From NCBI GenBank assembly GCA_041750285.1, contig JBGSZS010000018.1, forward strand, positions 1 through 64,000: a stretch of DNA of 64,000 nucleotides, read 5' to 3'. The notes beneath the pieces were generated by a model. The model ran no database searches. It saw nothing but the letters and a program-made list of their open reading frames with translations, and was not told where the DNA came from. Shown here piece by piece: positions 54,182 through 63,406 of the stretch; the first letter of the stretch is position 1; each line of letters begins with the position of its first letter. Origin of the DNA: Candidatus Fermentibacteraceae bacterium (GTDB taxonomy: Bacteria > Fermentibacterota > Fermentibacteria > Fermentibacterales > JCC-6). The position numbers and the translations under genes were made by a program.

Positions 54182-56928
54182 TCCTGCTCCGAAAGGAACC
54201 AGGGGCGCTCCACGCCGGCCCTGATCCTGGTTGTTGTGAACAACGCACCGTGACTGCCCGACATTGCCGAAAGCGTTCGCCACTCTTCGTCGCCGAACCC
54301 GGCTGAGCCGACTCCCGAAACGGCCAGAATGGAAACCGGAAGGTCTTCACCCCCGGTAAGGATCACTCCGGGATCACAGCCAAGATAACCCGACACGACC
54401 TCTCCCGGAACTCCGGGGCAGATCAGCGCCACTGCACCCGCGCCTTCGGCGCGTGCTATGTCCTCACTGGTCAATGTTTTGTTGACCAGCATCAGAACTC
54501 CCTTCCCGGGGACAGTTGAAAGTGCCCCGCAGACGTCCTTTCCAAGCCCGAGAACACCCTCGGTCCTGACGCCCCGGAATGATACTCTCAGGGAGTGCTC
54601 CGGAACAACTCCGGACACCGTTCCGTGAAGCGGAGACACCAGGTGGACGGGATTGGTGACGTACTGCACGGTGATGGTTCCATCCTTTCTGCCGATCCCG
54701 GTGACGGTGCCCGCGGAGGGCGATTTCACTGTCACAAGGCCCTTGCCCACCGCAAGAGCCTGTCCGCGAAGGACGAATTCGCCCCTCCTCACCTTGAGGA
54801 ACCCGCCGACATGCTTCGGCTTCACGCCAAGGGGCGAGGCCACGTCTACCACATGGGGTTTGCCGTCGTAGTCCTGTATCTCGCGCAGGCAGATCAGACC
54901 CGGCGGGGAGACCCTTGTCACAAGACCCCTCACCGGGCTTTTGACCTCGTGTACGGCCCTTGAGATCCCGGAACCGACCTTGTGCCGGAAAACGACGGCC
55001 CCGGGCGAGACCTCGTCGCCGGGTCGAACCGTCACGAGTGAGAGGATTTCCGCAGTGGAAAGGTCCTTCGTGTATCCGGTCTGCCCCCTGACGTCAATGA
55101 AGTACACCATTGGCGGGCTGAGCCGGTTCTGCCCCAGAAGGGTTCCGGGTTCAACCCGGTCTCCCGGTTTCACCAGTATTTCACCGGGATACGGCAGCGT
55201 GAACGTGTGTTCCATTTCGCCGGGCTCGTTTATGACCACACTTCTCGAGTGCGTGGCGGGGGTCATCGAGACGCTGATGGGCAGTTTCTGAAAGTCGACC
55301 GGCAGTGCATCGGCGGGATCGGTCCTGCAGTCCACCAGAAGGGGAATGCTCTCGGTTTCCTCCCAGTCTCCCGCCCTGCAGCCCCTGCCATCGCCTATGA
55401 ACAGGAAATCCCCGCCCATGACGCTGACAGGACCGCCGGGTCCGCTCACGGCCATGGCGGGGCGGCCCCTTCGAACGGCCTTCAACGGGGTCACCACGCG
55501 GCAGACGGTGCGAAGGCAGTTCTCACGGTAGTAATCGAGGGCCATACCGGGATGCACCGTGCTGAGAACACCCATGTGGGGGCTGTGGAACCTTGCATCG
55601 ACCGTGAGGGTCGTCACTCCCCGGGGACTGAAACCCTGGGCGAGGATCCACGCGGCACGCAGCGGGTCCGCATGCGCAAGAACCCCTCCGGCGCCTATCA
55701 GGGTGCTGAAGTCGCTGAGCCGGAACAAGGCTGATCTGTCGATGGTCCTGAATTTCGCATCGAACCTGCATCCCGTCAGGAGCTTCAGCCGGTCGAGAAA
55801 GCCCACCCGCTCCCTTCGGTACGAAAAGTCCATGTGCTGACCGAATGCCAGCCTGACGCCCTCCGCCGCGCACGCATGCTCGACGAGGGCACCGAAGCCG
55901 TCCTGTGGTGTTATTGTTGGAAACAGGGTCTTTTCGAGTATCCTGTCCCTGACTGCGGCTTCATCAAGGCCTGGAAGGTGTCTCATGACCTTTGGTGAGC
56001 CGGCTTCCCTGAGAAGGTTGGAGAGGCTGTAGCTCATGCCCAGATTTGCGCTCACGGTGCGCTGGACCGATCCCGCTGCGAGGCTGAACACGTCAGTGGT
56101 GGCCCCGCCGATGTCAACGAGAAGGATGCTCTCGCCCGCCCCCTCCCCGTGAAGGGACAGTATCCTCTCGACCCCGGAGGGCGTGGGTATGACGGGCGCG
56201 AAGGCGGAAGCGGCCACGCTCTGGTAGCCCGGGGCCATCTGCATCACGTGATCCATGAAGAGCGAGTGGACCATTTCGATGGCGGGTCTGAGGTTGAGCC
56301 CCATGCCGGACGGCCTGATGTTCTCAGCGAAGTGTACCTCGAACCCGTCGCCAAGGGTCTCATTCACATAGTCGCGGGCTCCTGTGTTGCCGCAGAACAC
56401 CAGCGGCAGCTTCCCGTGGCCGTACTTCGGCCGGGGGGACGAAAGGGCCAGAAGCTGGGCCATGTTCACAACCGCAGCCACAGCGCCGTCTTCATATCCG
56501 CCGGCCATGACCACCAGGTCGGGTGAGAGGGTGCTCATGCGCTGTATCTTCTCCACCCTCGGGGTCTCGTCGTCTATTGTGAAGGTGTCGAGAACGACCC
56601 CGCCAGCGCCGCAGGTCACGGCCCGGGCCATCACCCCCGTGTCCCATGAAGCCAGTGCGATGACAAGGATCTGAAGCCCACCTCCCGCGGAACTCGTGGT
56701 GAAGAAGGGCACCAGAAAGCGGTCGGCGTCGCGGAGGGATCGGTGTGTTTTTCGGGCTATGCGGTCCACGGCCCTGAAAAGACCCACACGCACGTCAGAA
56801 TGGGGGCTTTCAACGGTGGTGGGCTCATCGGCGCTGTCAACAAGGGTCAGACGGTCTGCGGATACTTCCAGCAGAAGGACCTTGGTGGTCGTGCTGCCTA
56901 TATCAGAGACGAGTAGAAGATCGCTCAT
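54178..56928 (-). CDS. GlmL/MutL-type ASKHA ATPase fused to a C-terminal barrel-sandwich-hybrid module
   Basis: SDIGSTTTK, EPTTVE, TSSAGGGL, VDIGGATTDVFS, RTVSANLGMSYS, IGAGGVLAHA; C-terminal repeats VKPGDRV/VRPGDEV/VRRGEFV and VKSPVRG/VKSPSAG/VSPLHG. Confidence 0.85.
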   Translation of the reverse strand: MSDLLLVSDIGSTTTKVLLLEVSADRLTLVDSADEPTTVESPHSDVRVGLFRAVDRIARKTHRSLRDADRFLVPFFTTSSAGGGLQILVIALASWDTGVMARAVTCGAGGVVLDTFTIDDETPRVEKIQRMSTLSPDLVVMAGGYEDGAVAAVVNMAQLLALSSPRPKYGHGKLPLVFCGNTGARDYVNETLGDGFEVHFAENIRPSGMGLNLRPAIEMVHSLFMDHVMQMAPGYQSVAASAFAPVIPTPSGVERILSLHGEGAGESILLVDIGGATTDVFSLAAGSVQRTVSANLGMSYSLSNLLREAGSPKVMRHLPGLDEAAVRDRILEKTLFPTITPQDGFGALVEHACAAEGVRLAFGQHMDFSYRRERVGFLDRLKLLTGCRFDAKFRTIDRSALFRLSDFSTLIGAGGVLAHADPLRAAWILAQGFSPRGVTTLTVDARFHSPHMGVLSTVHPGMALDYYRENCLRTVCRVVTPLKAVRRGRPAMAVSGPGGPVSVMGGDFLFIGDGRGCRAGDWEETESIPLLVDCRTDPADALPVDFQKLPISVSMTPATHSRSVVINEPGEMEHTFTLPYPGEILVKPGDRVEPGTLLGQNRLSPPMVYFIDVRGQTGYTKDLSTAEILSLVTVRPGDEVSPGAVVFRHKVGSGISRAVHEVKSPVRGLVTRVSPPGLICLREIQDYDGKPHVVDVASPLGVKPKHVGGFLKVRRGEFVLRGQALAVGKGLVTVKSPSAGTVTGIGRKDGTITVQYVTNPVHLVSPLHGTVSGVVPEHSLRVSFRGVRTEGVLGLGKDVCGALSTVPGKGVLMLVNKTLTSEDIARAEGAGAVALICPGVPGEVVSGYLGCDPGVILTGGEDLPVSILAVSGVGSAGFGDEEWRTLSAMSGSHGALFTTTRIRAGVERPWFLSEQE

Positions 56929-56968
56929 GAGGAACCTCCTTCACCCGGAACAGGGGGTCGGGGAAGGC

Positions 56969-56999
56969 CGGGCGCCTCCGGCATTGCCGGAGGCGCCCG
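56969..56999. terminator. Strong intergenic hairpin within the operon
   Basis: CGGGCGCCTCCGGC-ATT-GCCGGAGGCGCCCG (14-bp stem); a U-tract follows only on the + strand. Confidence 0.65.
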
Positions 57000-57003
57000 T
57001 TTT

Positions 57004-57633
57004 TCAGTTGATCAAACCGAGCCAGTCGTTGAGAAGGAACTGTATCCTTCCGATCAGAAGGCTGATTCGGCCCATCACGGTGAAGCCGAAGGTGGCCCCG
57101 AACCCTATCATTATGACCCAGATGCCGATTTTGGAGCCGGTTCCGAAGAAGGGCCCCTTGTGGGGTTTGCTGAAGAAGAAGTAGATCAGCGCAGCCAGGG
57201 TTCCCAGAACGAGGATCACATTGCCAAGGACAGAATGCCACGGCATTCCGGACTGGTAAAGGGGCAGTATGGTTGCTTCGAGCTGCCTGAGAACGCTCGC
57301 CTTCATGGCCAGCGGAAAGCCGACACCCATGCTTGTTCCCATTATGAAAGCCATGGGGTACCGCGAGAGCCAGGCGATCTTGGGGAAGAAGCGTGTGATG
57401 TAGAGAAGTCCCAGAAGGGCCGGGATCAGCAGGATGTACTCGCCGTCGTTCGCTATGGGGTCGATGAGCCTTGGTTTGAGAACCTGGGTGTAGGTCACCA
57501 CGATGAAGTACCCCATCGATATGCCGACCACGAGGTGCTCACCGAGCCTGTACAGGGGGTTCTCCCTGTAAAGGAAGGAGTAAATGGCCAGCGTGAAAAG
57601 CGCCGCCACCCATACGCCGATTGTGGTATACAC
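57004..57633 (-). CDS. Conserved hypothetical membrane protein (GlmL/DUF6754 cluster)
   Basis: About six TMs; YSFLYRENPLYRLGEH, FGATFGFTVMGRISLLIGR. Confidence 0.8.
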   Translation of the reverse strand: MYTTIGVWVAALFTLAIYSFLYRENPLYRLGEHLVVGISMGYFIVVTYTQVLKPRLIDPIANDGEYILLIPALLGLLYITRFFPKIAWLSRYPMAFIMGTSMGVGFPLAMKASVLRQLEATILPLYQSGMPWHSVLGNVILVLGTLAALIYFFFSKPHKGPFFGTGSKIGIWVIMIGFGATFGFTVMGRISLLIGRIQFLLNDWLGLIN

Positions 57634-57636
57634 GGT

Positions 57637-58638
57637 TTACCTCCTTCCCTTCAGAAGAACGCCCTTTTTGTGGAAGCCTCCGGCGAAGTAGGCAATGTTG
57701 CCCAGCAGGATGAAGAAGAATATCAACAGATGGGCCGCGTTCTGGACATCCATGCCGATAAACGCCCTGTCCGGCTTTTCGACGTAGCCGGCGTTCTGAA
57801 GCAGGACCTCGTACTCGGCGGCGCCCCTGAGGCCTCCCATCTGTCCGACGAGCTGACCGGACTGGATGTAGATGGTGTAGTCGGTGGCGCTTACCGCGGT
57901 TACACCGAAGGCGACGGGAAGGCCGATCTTCTCCCGGGCGTAGGTGACCCACCACATGCAGGCCGCGGTTCCGGAAAAGGTTGTGGCAAGATCGACGTCC
58001 CTGAGGCTCTTGTGCTCCTGAAGCATGGGCATGTCGATAAGGGGGTTGCCGTTCATGTCTTCAGGGTACTGCGAGGCAATTGATGAAGTCATGCCCAGTA
58101 TCGCCAGGGCGAAGTAGGGCAGATATCCGAGCTTCGCGAAGTCGCGGCCCTCGAAGACCCATCCCGATGCGTTCTCGGGAAGAACGTTGCCGTCGGCCTC
58201 CCAGGCGGCCTGAAGCTCGTCGCGGCCGGTTATGCCCTGTTCGCGGTACTGCGCCCACTCCTGCCAGGAAACCACGTGGAAGTACTCCTGAGCATCGGGG
58301 TTTGTCACATAGGCGAAACCGGACTCGAGCATGCCCTGCGCCAGCGGGGCGTTGGCGGTGAAGAAGACAGGGATGTGCCTGGAAAAGGCGTGCCGCATCA
58401 CTGCGACTGCCATGGGCATGTTCTCGGGGTCTGTGCCCGGGTCAAAATCAAAGCTGATGAAAATGGCATTCTCGGGGCCAAGGTTCTCGATGTAGTCGAA
58501 GATCGAAATGACATGGGCCGTGGGTATCACCGGCAGCCCGAAGGGAAGGAAGAAGGGCACGATGCATACGACGCCGATGCACAGGAAGATCCAGCGGCGA
58601 TCAAGGTTGAGCATTCTGCTCCAGATGTTCTCTTTCAT
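57637..58638 (-). CDS. Conserved hypothetical membrane protein (GlmL/DUF6754 cluster)
   Basis: DRRWIFL, SFDFDP, SGQLVGQMGGLRGAAEYE, MDVQNAAH...LGNI; TM-soluble-TM layout like DUF6754. Confidence 0.8.
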   Translation of the reverse strand: MKENIWSRMLNLDRRWIFLCIGVVCIVPFFLPFGLPVIPTAHVISIFDYIENLGPENAIFISFDFDPGTDPENMPMAVAVMRHAFSRHIPVFFTANAPLAQGMLESGFAYVTNPDAQEYFHVVSWQEWAQYREQGITGRDELQAAWEADGNVLPENASGWVFEGRDFAKLGYLPYFALAILGMTSSIASQYPEDMNGNPLIDMPMLQEHKSLRDVDLATTFSGTAACMWWVTYAREKIGLPVAFGVTAVSATDYTIYIQSGQLVGQMGGLRGAAEYEVLLQNAGYVEKPDRAFIGMDVQNAAHLLIFFFILLGNIAYFAGGFHKKGVLLKGRR

Positions 58639-58649
58639 TCCTTCACCCC

Positions 58650-59294
58650 CTACTCACCGGCTCCGCCGAGCCAGTTGCGCTCGACGCCGAAGATTATCTT
58701 GAGCTGGGTGGCGAGAATGCCGAAACCCACCCCGAGACCGATTGCCCGCTTGGCTGCATTGTTGGGGAAGTCGATTATCCAGAGCCCCACCTTGGGAAAC
58801 CAGCTTCCCAGGAGTTCGCCGATGGGAACCTGCCCCATCATCACTATCACCGCTGTGAGAAGAAGCAGCGTCGCCAGCAGGCTCTTGGCCCTGAACGCAC
58901 GGAAGGCTGCGCTTGCAATGTAGAAGGCCAGCAGGCTGAACATGGTGGACTGGATGGGCACCTGGATGTGCATGTAGGCGAAATTGTAGACTCCCGGAGG
59001 ATCCATTCCGCCTCCCACCGATGCCGGAAGGAGAAGTGCAAACACAGGCAGAAGATACATGGGCACAAGCACCGCAAGGCTGTAGGGCCAGTTCGGGGCC
59101 TTGTTCCGCACCTTGTGCCCGTGAAGCCTTGAGAGGCTTCCGACGCCGAGGATCAGCGCGAAGGCGCCGATGATGGGAACCCATATCGTGTAGTTGTCGA
59201 AAATGTCCTGAGAGATCTGGTGGGGGATGAAGTACTGAATGATCATCAGTACTCCGCCCACCAGCACAATCATGAGGGGAACAGTTCTCTTCAC
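58650..59294 (-). CDS. Conserved hypothetical membrane protein (GlmL/DUF6754 cluster)
   Basis: STMFSLLAFYIASAAFRAFRA, PNNAAKRAIGLG, IFGVER. Confidence 0.8.
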   Translation of the reverse strand: MKRTVPLMIVLVGGVLMIIQYFIPHQISQDIFDNYTIWVPIIGAFALILGVGSLSRLHGHKVRNKAPNWPYSLAVLVPMYLLPVFALLLPASVGGGMDPPGVYNFAYMHIQVPIQSTMFSLLAFYIASAAFRAFRAKSLLATLLLLTAVIVMMGQVPIGELLGSWFPKVGLWIIDFPNNAAKRAIGLGVGFGILATQLKIIFGVERNWLGGAGE

Positions 59295-59317
59295 TGCTCA
59301 ATTCTCCTTCCGGTGGG

Positions 59318-60622
59318 CTAATCCACGATCTGCGAGGTCACAAGGTCCTTGAGCCACGCCAGAGTTTGTGTTTTGGCGACAATGTCAAGGATCGCCAGAA
59401 CCATGCCCAGGGTGATAAAGACCATCAGAATAGCCTTGCAGGCATCAAGCCCCTTGATGGATCCCATCTGCATGGGCTCATGGCTGAGGTAGGCGCTGGC
59501 CGCGTAGAGTTCCTCGCCTATCAGTGTGTAGTCGCAGGTGGTTATGAAGAACGGAAGCTGGACGACTGCGTCGGTTCCTGCGATCTGGATGGCGCCGGAG
59601 AGCGAACCGGTCTCGGCGAGGATGAGGCTCTCCGCCCAGAACATCCCCATGTAGAAGTTGGTGGCAGGTTTCTGACGCATCATTATGCCATTCACACCCG
59701 CAACGAAGGCGAACTGGCTCTGCGTAAGGAAGAACACGCTGTTGGGATCGTAGGAGTCGGGGCGGCCGGCCTCGAGGTAGGCCTGCTTCACTGCCTCTTC
59801 CGCAACGGTGTAAACCACGGGGTCGCGGTTTGGAACGATGAGAGCGGTCTGGTACTCTGCGACCTTTCTGGCAACCCTGCCAAGAATGGTGAGGCTTGCG
59901 ATGGTTGCCACATCGGATATGTCGGACAGACCGGGAACGTAGAGGATGGGCTTTCCCATCTCGGTGGCCCTGCCGATGGCCTCATCGATGGCTTCGATGC
60001 CCGCGATGGGTCGAAGGTACATTGTGGCGCCCATTCGCGCCCGGGAGAAGAAGTAGAAGATAAGCCCGAGGAAGATGAGGCATGCAACGAGCACCCTGAC
60101 CTTGCCCCGGTGGAACCACTGACCCGACGCCACCTCCTGGGCAATGACAGGCTCGCCCATAACTTCGGTTTCGTCGAGGTAAAGGGCTGATATGCGGTAT
60201 TCGTAGGCTTCGCCCTCGATCACCGGAAAATCGGGGTCGTGACCGTCAACGAACTGTGTGCCCTCGCCGACGGGTATCACTCCGACGCTCATCCATTCCT
60301 CGTCGGAACCGCCCGCAGGCCTTCTGTAGACGATGTACGCAGCGAAAAGGTCTGCGTGTTCCGCTTCACTGCCGGGAGAAAAACTCAGTATGAGCCGGTC
60401 TCCCGCGTCATCGGGATGATCGATGACCGTAATGTCTCCCGGTGCCGTGAGCTCAACACCGGCCAGCGGCGAGACATCCCCGGGGGGGACATCGAGCACT
60501 TCCTCGGCGGCAACTTCGGCAATTTCCGGTTCCGCCGGTATGGGCTGCTGTTCCTGCTCACCCGTCTGAGCCGCCGCGAGTGCGGTCATGATCAGAAGAA
60601 GCAGGGGTAGTATCCTTGTCAT
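59318..60622 (-). CDS. DUF6754-type membrane protein with signal peptide and FN3-like domain (paralog 1)
   Basis: Signal peptide, acidic linker, DHPDDAG, YIVYR..YEYRI, TM, LRPIAGIEAIDEAIGRATEMGKP core. Confidence 0.85.
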   Translation of the reverse strand: MTRILPLLLLIMTALAAAQTGEQEQQPIPAEPEIAEVAAEEVLDVPPGDVSPLAGVELTAPGDITVIDHPDDAGDRLILSFSPGSEAEHADLFAAYIVYRRPAGGSDEEWMSVGVIPVGEGTQFVDGHDPDFPVIEGEAYEYRISALYLDETEVMGEPVIAQEVASGQWFHRGKVRVLVACLIFLGLIFYFFSRARMGATMYLRPIAGIEAIDEAIGRATEMGKPILYVPGLSDISDVATIASLTILGRVARKVAEYQTALIVPNRDPVVYTVAEEAVKQAYLEAGRPDSYDPNSVFFLTQSQFAFVAGVNGIMMRQKPATNFYMGMFWAESLILAETGSLSGAIQIAGTDAVVQLPFFITTCDYTLIGEELYAASAYLSHEPMQMGSIKGLDACKAILMVFITLGMVLAILDIVAKTQTLAWLKDLVTSQIVD

Positions 60623-60646
60623 CGGCCCGCCTTTCCCGTTCAGCTG

Positions 60647-61564
60647 CTACTTGAAGAAGTCGACAATGATCTCGGCCACTTCAGCGCCGATCCTGTCGGT
60701 GGCGCCAAGGGTGCCCGCTCCCATGTGGGGACTGGCAACGACTTTGGCGTTCCCGATCAGTGGGCTTTCAGCGCCGGTGAGTGGCTCGGTCTCGAAAACG
60801 TCAAGGGCGGCTGCGTGAACCCTGCCCTCTTCGATGGCTGCCAGAAGGGCATCCTCGTCAATGGTTCCGCCCCTGCCGCAGTTCACTATGACCACGCCCT
60901 TCTTCATCAGTCCGAACTTTCCGGCGTCGAGGATGTGGTTCGTCTCCTTGTTGTGGGGAACGTGCAGGCTTATGAAGTCGGCTTTGCTGCAGAGAGTCTC
61001 GAGGTCGGTCTTCCTGCCCGGGAACGCAGGGGTCTCGCCTGCGTACGGGTCGTAGAAGATGACGTTCATTCCGAAGGCACTGGCTCTTTTGGCCACCTCT
61101 TTGGCTATCCTGCCGAAACCGATGAGCCCAAGCGTGGAGTTGTAAAGCTCAAGGCCCTTGCTGAAGGTTTTCTTGTCCCACAGGCCTTCCTTCATCGTGC
61201 GGTCTGCGCCCGTGATACCCCTGCAGCAGGCGAGCAGGTGTCCCATGGTCAGCTCGGCGACAGCAACGGAACTTGCCGCGGGAGTGTTCTTGACAGCAAT
61301 GCCAAGGGCTTCGGCGTGTTCGACATCGATGCTGTCCACCCCCACACCGCCCCTGACAACGAGCTTCAAAGAGCTTTTTGCGGCGTCGAGCACGGGAACA
61401 CGGACCTTCGTGGCGCTTCTGACCACCATGGCATCGAAACCGGGGGCGACCCCGATGAGGGTGTCCTGGTCCATGCCCGTTTTGACGACGACATCGTGGC
61501 CGGCTTTTCTGACCACATCAAGCGCGTCTTCGGATACAGGATCGCAGATCAGTACTTTTGCCAT
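60647..61564 (-). CDS. serA: D-3-phosphoglycerate / D-2-hydroxyacid dehydrogenase (short form)
   Basis: VVRSATKV, RGGVGVDSID, GLIGFGRI, NCGRGG, ALDVFETEP, SPHMGA. Confidence 0.8.
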   Translation of the reverse strand: MAKVLICDPVSEDALDVVRKAGHDVVVKTGMDQDTLIGVAPGFDAMVVRSATKVRVPVLDAAKSSLKLVVRGGVGVDSIDVEHAEALGIAVKNTPAASSVAVAELTMGHLLACCRGITGADRTMKEGLWDKKTFSKGLELYNSTLGLIGFGRIAKEVAKRASAFGMNVIFYDPYAGETPAFPGRKTDLETLCSKADFISLHVPHNKETNHILDAGKFGLMKKGVVIVNCGRGGTIDEDALLAAIEEGRVHAAALDVFETEPLTGAESPLIGNAKVVASPHMGAGTLGATDRIGAEVAEIIVDFFK

Positions 61565-61626
61565 TTACGTACTTCCTTTCAGGTATAAACCGTAGTCTGA
61601 TTTTCCGTCTGAAAGCAGTATGCAAC

Positions 61627-62574
61627 CTATCCCCGTGACCGTGCCAAGTCAATGGCGGCAGTGACGATTCCGCCGGTGGAAAGGCCAAAGAGACCCATGA
61701 GCTCACCAGGGGTTCCGCTTTCCCCGAAACGGTTCGGAACACCGAGCATCCGCATGGGCAAAGGCCGGTTCACGGCGAGGAACTCGGCCACCGCTCCACC
61801 CAGCCCACCGGTGACCTGATGGTCCTCAACGGTGAGCACACCCGCGGCGGAGCCGGTCGTCTCCATAAGAAGCTTCCCGTCGAGGGGTTTCACCGAAACC
61901 ATGTCGATCACCGTGGCGTCCACCCCTTCTCCGAGCAGGACTTCCCGGGCCTCGAGGGAGGGGGCGACCATCGAGCCGCAGGCCACGATAACGATATCCC
62001 GCCCCTCGTGCAAAAGGTTCCCCCTGCCCGAAACTACGGGCCATTCTTCGCCGTAGACCTGCGGGACGGGATTCCTTCCGAACCTTATGTAGACGGGGCC
62101 TGGCATGTTCAGGGAGGCCAGGACGGCCTGTCTCGTCTGGGCCGCGTCGGCGGGCACCAGAACCGTCATTCCGGGAAGGCTGCGTGTCTGGGAGATGTCT
62201 TCGAGGGCCTGGTGGGTTCCCCCGTCGGGACCCACGCTGGAACCGCCGTGGGCTCCCCCTATTCTCACCGGTAGAGCCATGTTGCATATGGATGTTCTGA
62301 TCTGGTCAAGCGCCCTCCCCACGGCGAACACTGCGTAGGTTGCGTAGAAGGGCATGAAACCCTCGAGAGCGAGCCCCGCCGCGTGGCACGCCATGTTCTG
62401 CTCGGCGATGCCCAGGTTGAAGCAGCGGCCGGGAAAGCGCTCGCGAAACGCCTGGGTGCCGAGGGACCGCCCCACGTCACCGTCGATGACAAGAACCCTC
62501 GGATCGATCTCTGCGGCGTCCAGAAGCCCCTGCAGGTAACCCTCCCTGCTCGGACGAAGATCCGTGCTCAGCAT
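61627..62574 (-). CDS. Transketolase, C-terminal subunit
   Basis: GIAEQNM, RALDQIR, GPDGGTHQ, GPVYIRFGR, EDHQVTGGLG. Confidence 0.93.
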   Translation of the reverse strand: MLSTDLRPSREGYLQGLLDAAEIDPRVLVIDGDVGRSLGTQAFRERFPGRCFNLGIAEQNMACHAAGLALEGFMPFYATYAVFAVGRALDQIRTSICNMALPVRIGGAHGGSSVGPDGGTHQALEDISQTRSLPGMTVLVPADAAQTRQAVLASLNMPGPVYIRFGRNPVPQVYGEEWPVVSGRGNLLHEGRDIVIVACGSMVAPSLEAREVLLGEGVDATVIDMVSVKPLDGKLLMETTGSAAGVLTVEDHQVTGGLGGAVAEFLAVNRPLPMRMLGVPNRFGESGTPGELMGLFGLSTGGIVTAAIDLARSRG

Positions 62575-63401
62575 GGCCCGAGCTCCGCGAGGGCATCGGC
62601 CAGTTCCCCGTCATCGGGCGCCCGTCCGTGCCATGAGCAGTCGCCCTCCATGAAGGATACCCCCCTGCCCTTCACGGTGTCGGCGATCAGCACCGACGGC
62701 CCGGTCATGATCCCGGAAACCGCCTTCGCCATGGCATCGAGATCATGGCCAGCACACCTCCGTACGTTCCAGCCGAACGCCCTCCATTTATCAACGAGGG
62801 GTTCCACTGGAACTATGTCGCAGGTGCGCCCGTCAAGCTGGACACCGTTGTTGTCCACGATCGCCGTGAGGTTCGAAAGCCCCAGGGCAGGCGCAGACAT
62901 GATGGCCTCCCATACGCTTCCCTCCTGAAGCTCGCCGTCTCCCAGAAGGCAGTACACCCTGGCCGAAGACCCCCTGAGCCTGAGCCCGAGAGCCATGCCG
63001 GAAGCTATGGAAAGCCCCTGGCCAAGGCTTCCCGTTGAGCAGTCGAGTCCCGGAAGGCTCTGCATGTGGGGGTGGCCCTGCAGCCTTGATCCAAATCGCC
63101 TGAGCGTGGAAAGCTCTTCGACAGGAAAATAGCCGCAGTCGGCAAGAACGGCGTAAAGGGCCGGAGCAGCGTGCCCCTTTGAAAGCACGAACCTGTCCCG
63201 CCCGGGCCAGGCGGGGTTTCCCGGGTCATGCCGCATGAGGCAATGATAAAGGAGGACCAGTATCTCGACGCAGGACAGGCTGCCGCCGGGATGGCCGCTG
63301 CCGGCATCATGTATCATTCCGAGGATCGTGCGGCGCAACTTTCGGCACTTCCCGTCGAGGGAGCCTGCACCGGAGAGAATCGAACCACGGGTTTCAGCCA
63401 T
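62568..63401 (-). CDS. Transketolase, N-terminal subunit
   Basis: SGHPGGSLS, RDRFVLSKGH, LQGHP, TGSLGQG, GDGELQEG, TVKGRGVSFME. Confidence 0.93.
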   Translation of the reverse strand: MAETRGSILSGAGSLDGKCRKLRRTILGMIHDAGSGHPGGSLSCVEILVLLYHCLMRHDPGNPAWPGRDRFVLSKGHAAPALYAVLADCGYFPVEELSTLRRFGSRLQGHPHMQSLPGLDCSTGSLGQGLSIASGMALGLRLRGSSARVYCLLGDGELQEGSVWEAIMSAPALGLSNLTAIVDNNGVQLDGRTCDIVPVEPLVDKWRAFGWNVRRCAGHDLDAMAKAVSGIMTGPSVLIADTVKGRGVSFMEGDCSWHGRAPDDGELADALAELGPC

Positions 63402-63406
63402 GTTCT

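Noticed and set aside
54178..56928. DNA mismatch repair MutL
   Set aside because: Name collision only: the motifs are ASKHA/GlmL type, not GHKL.
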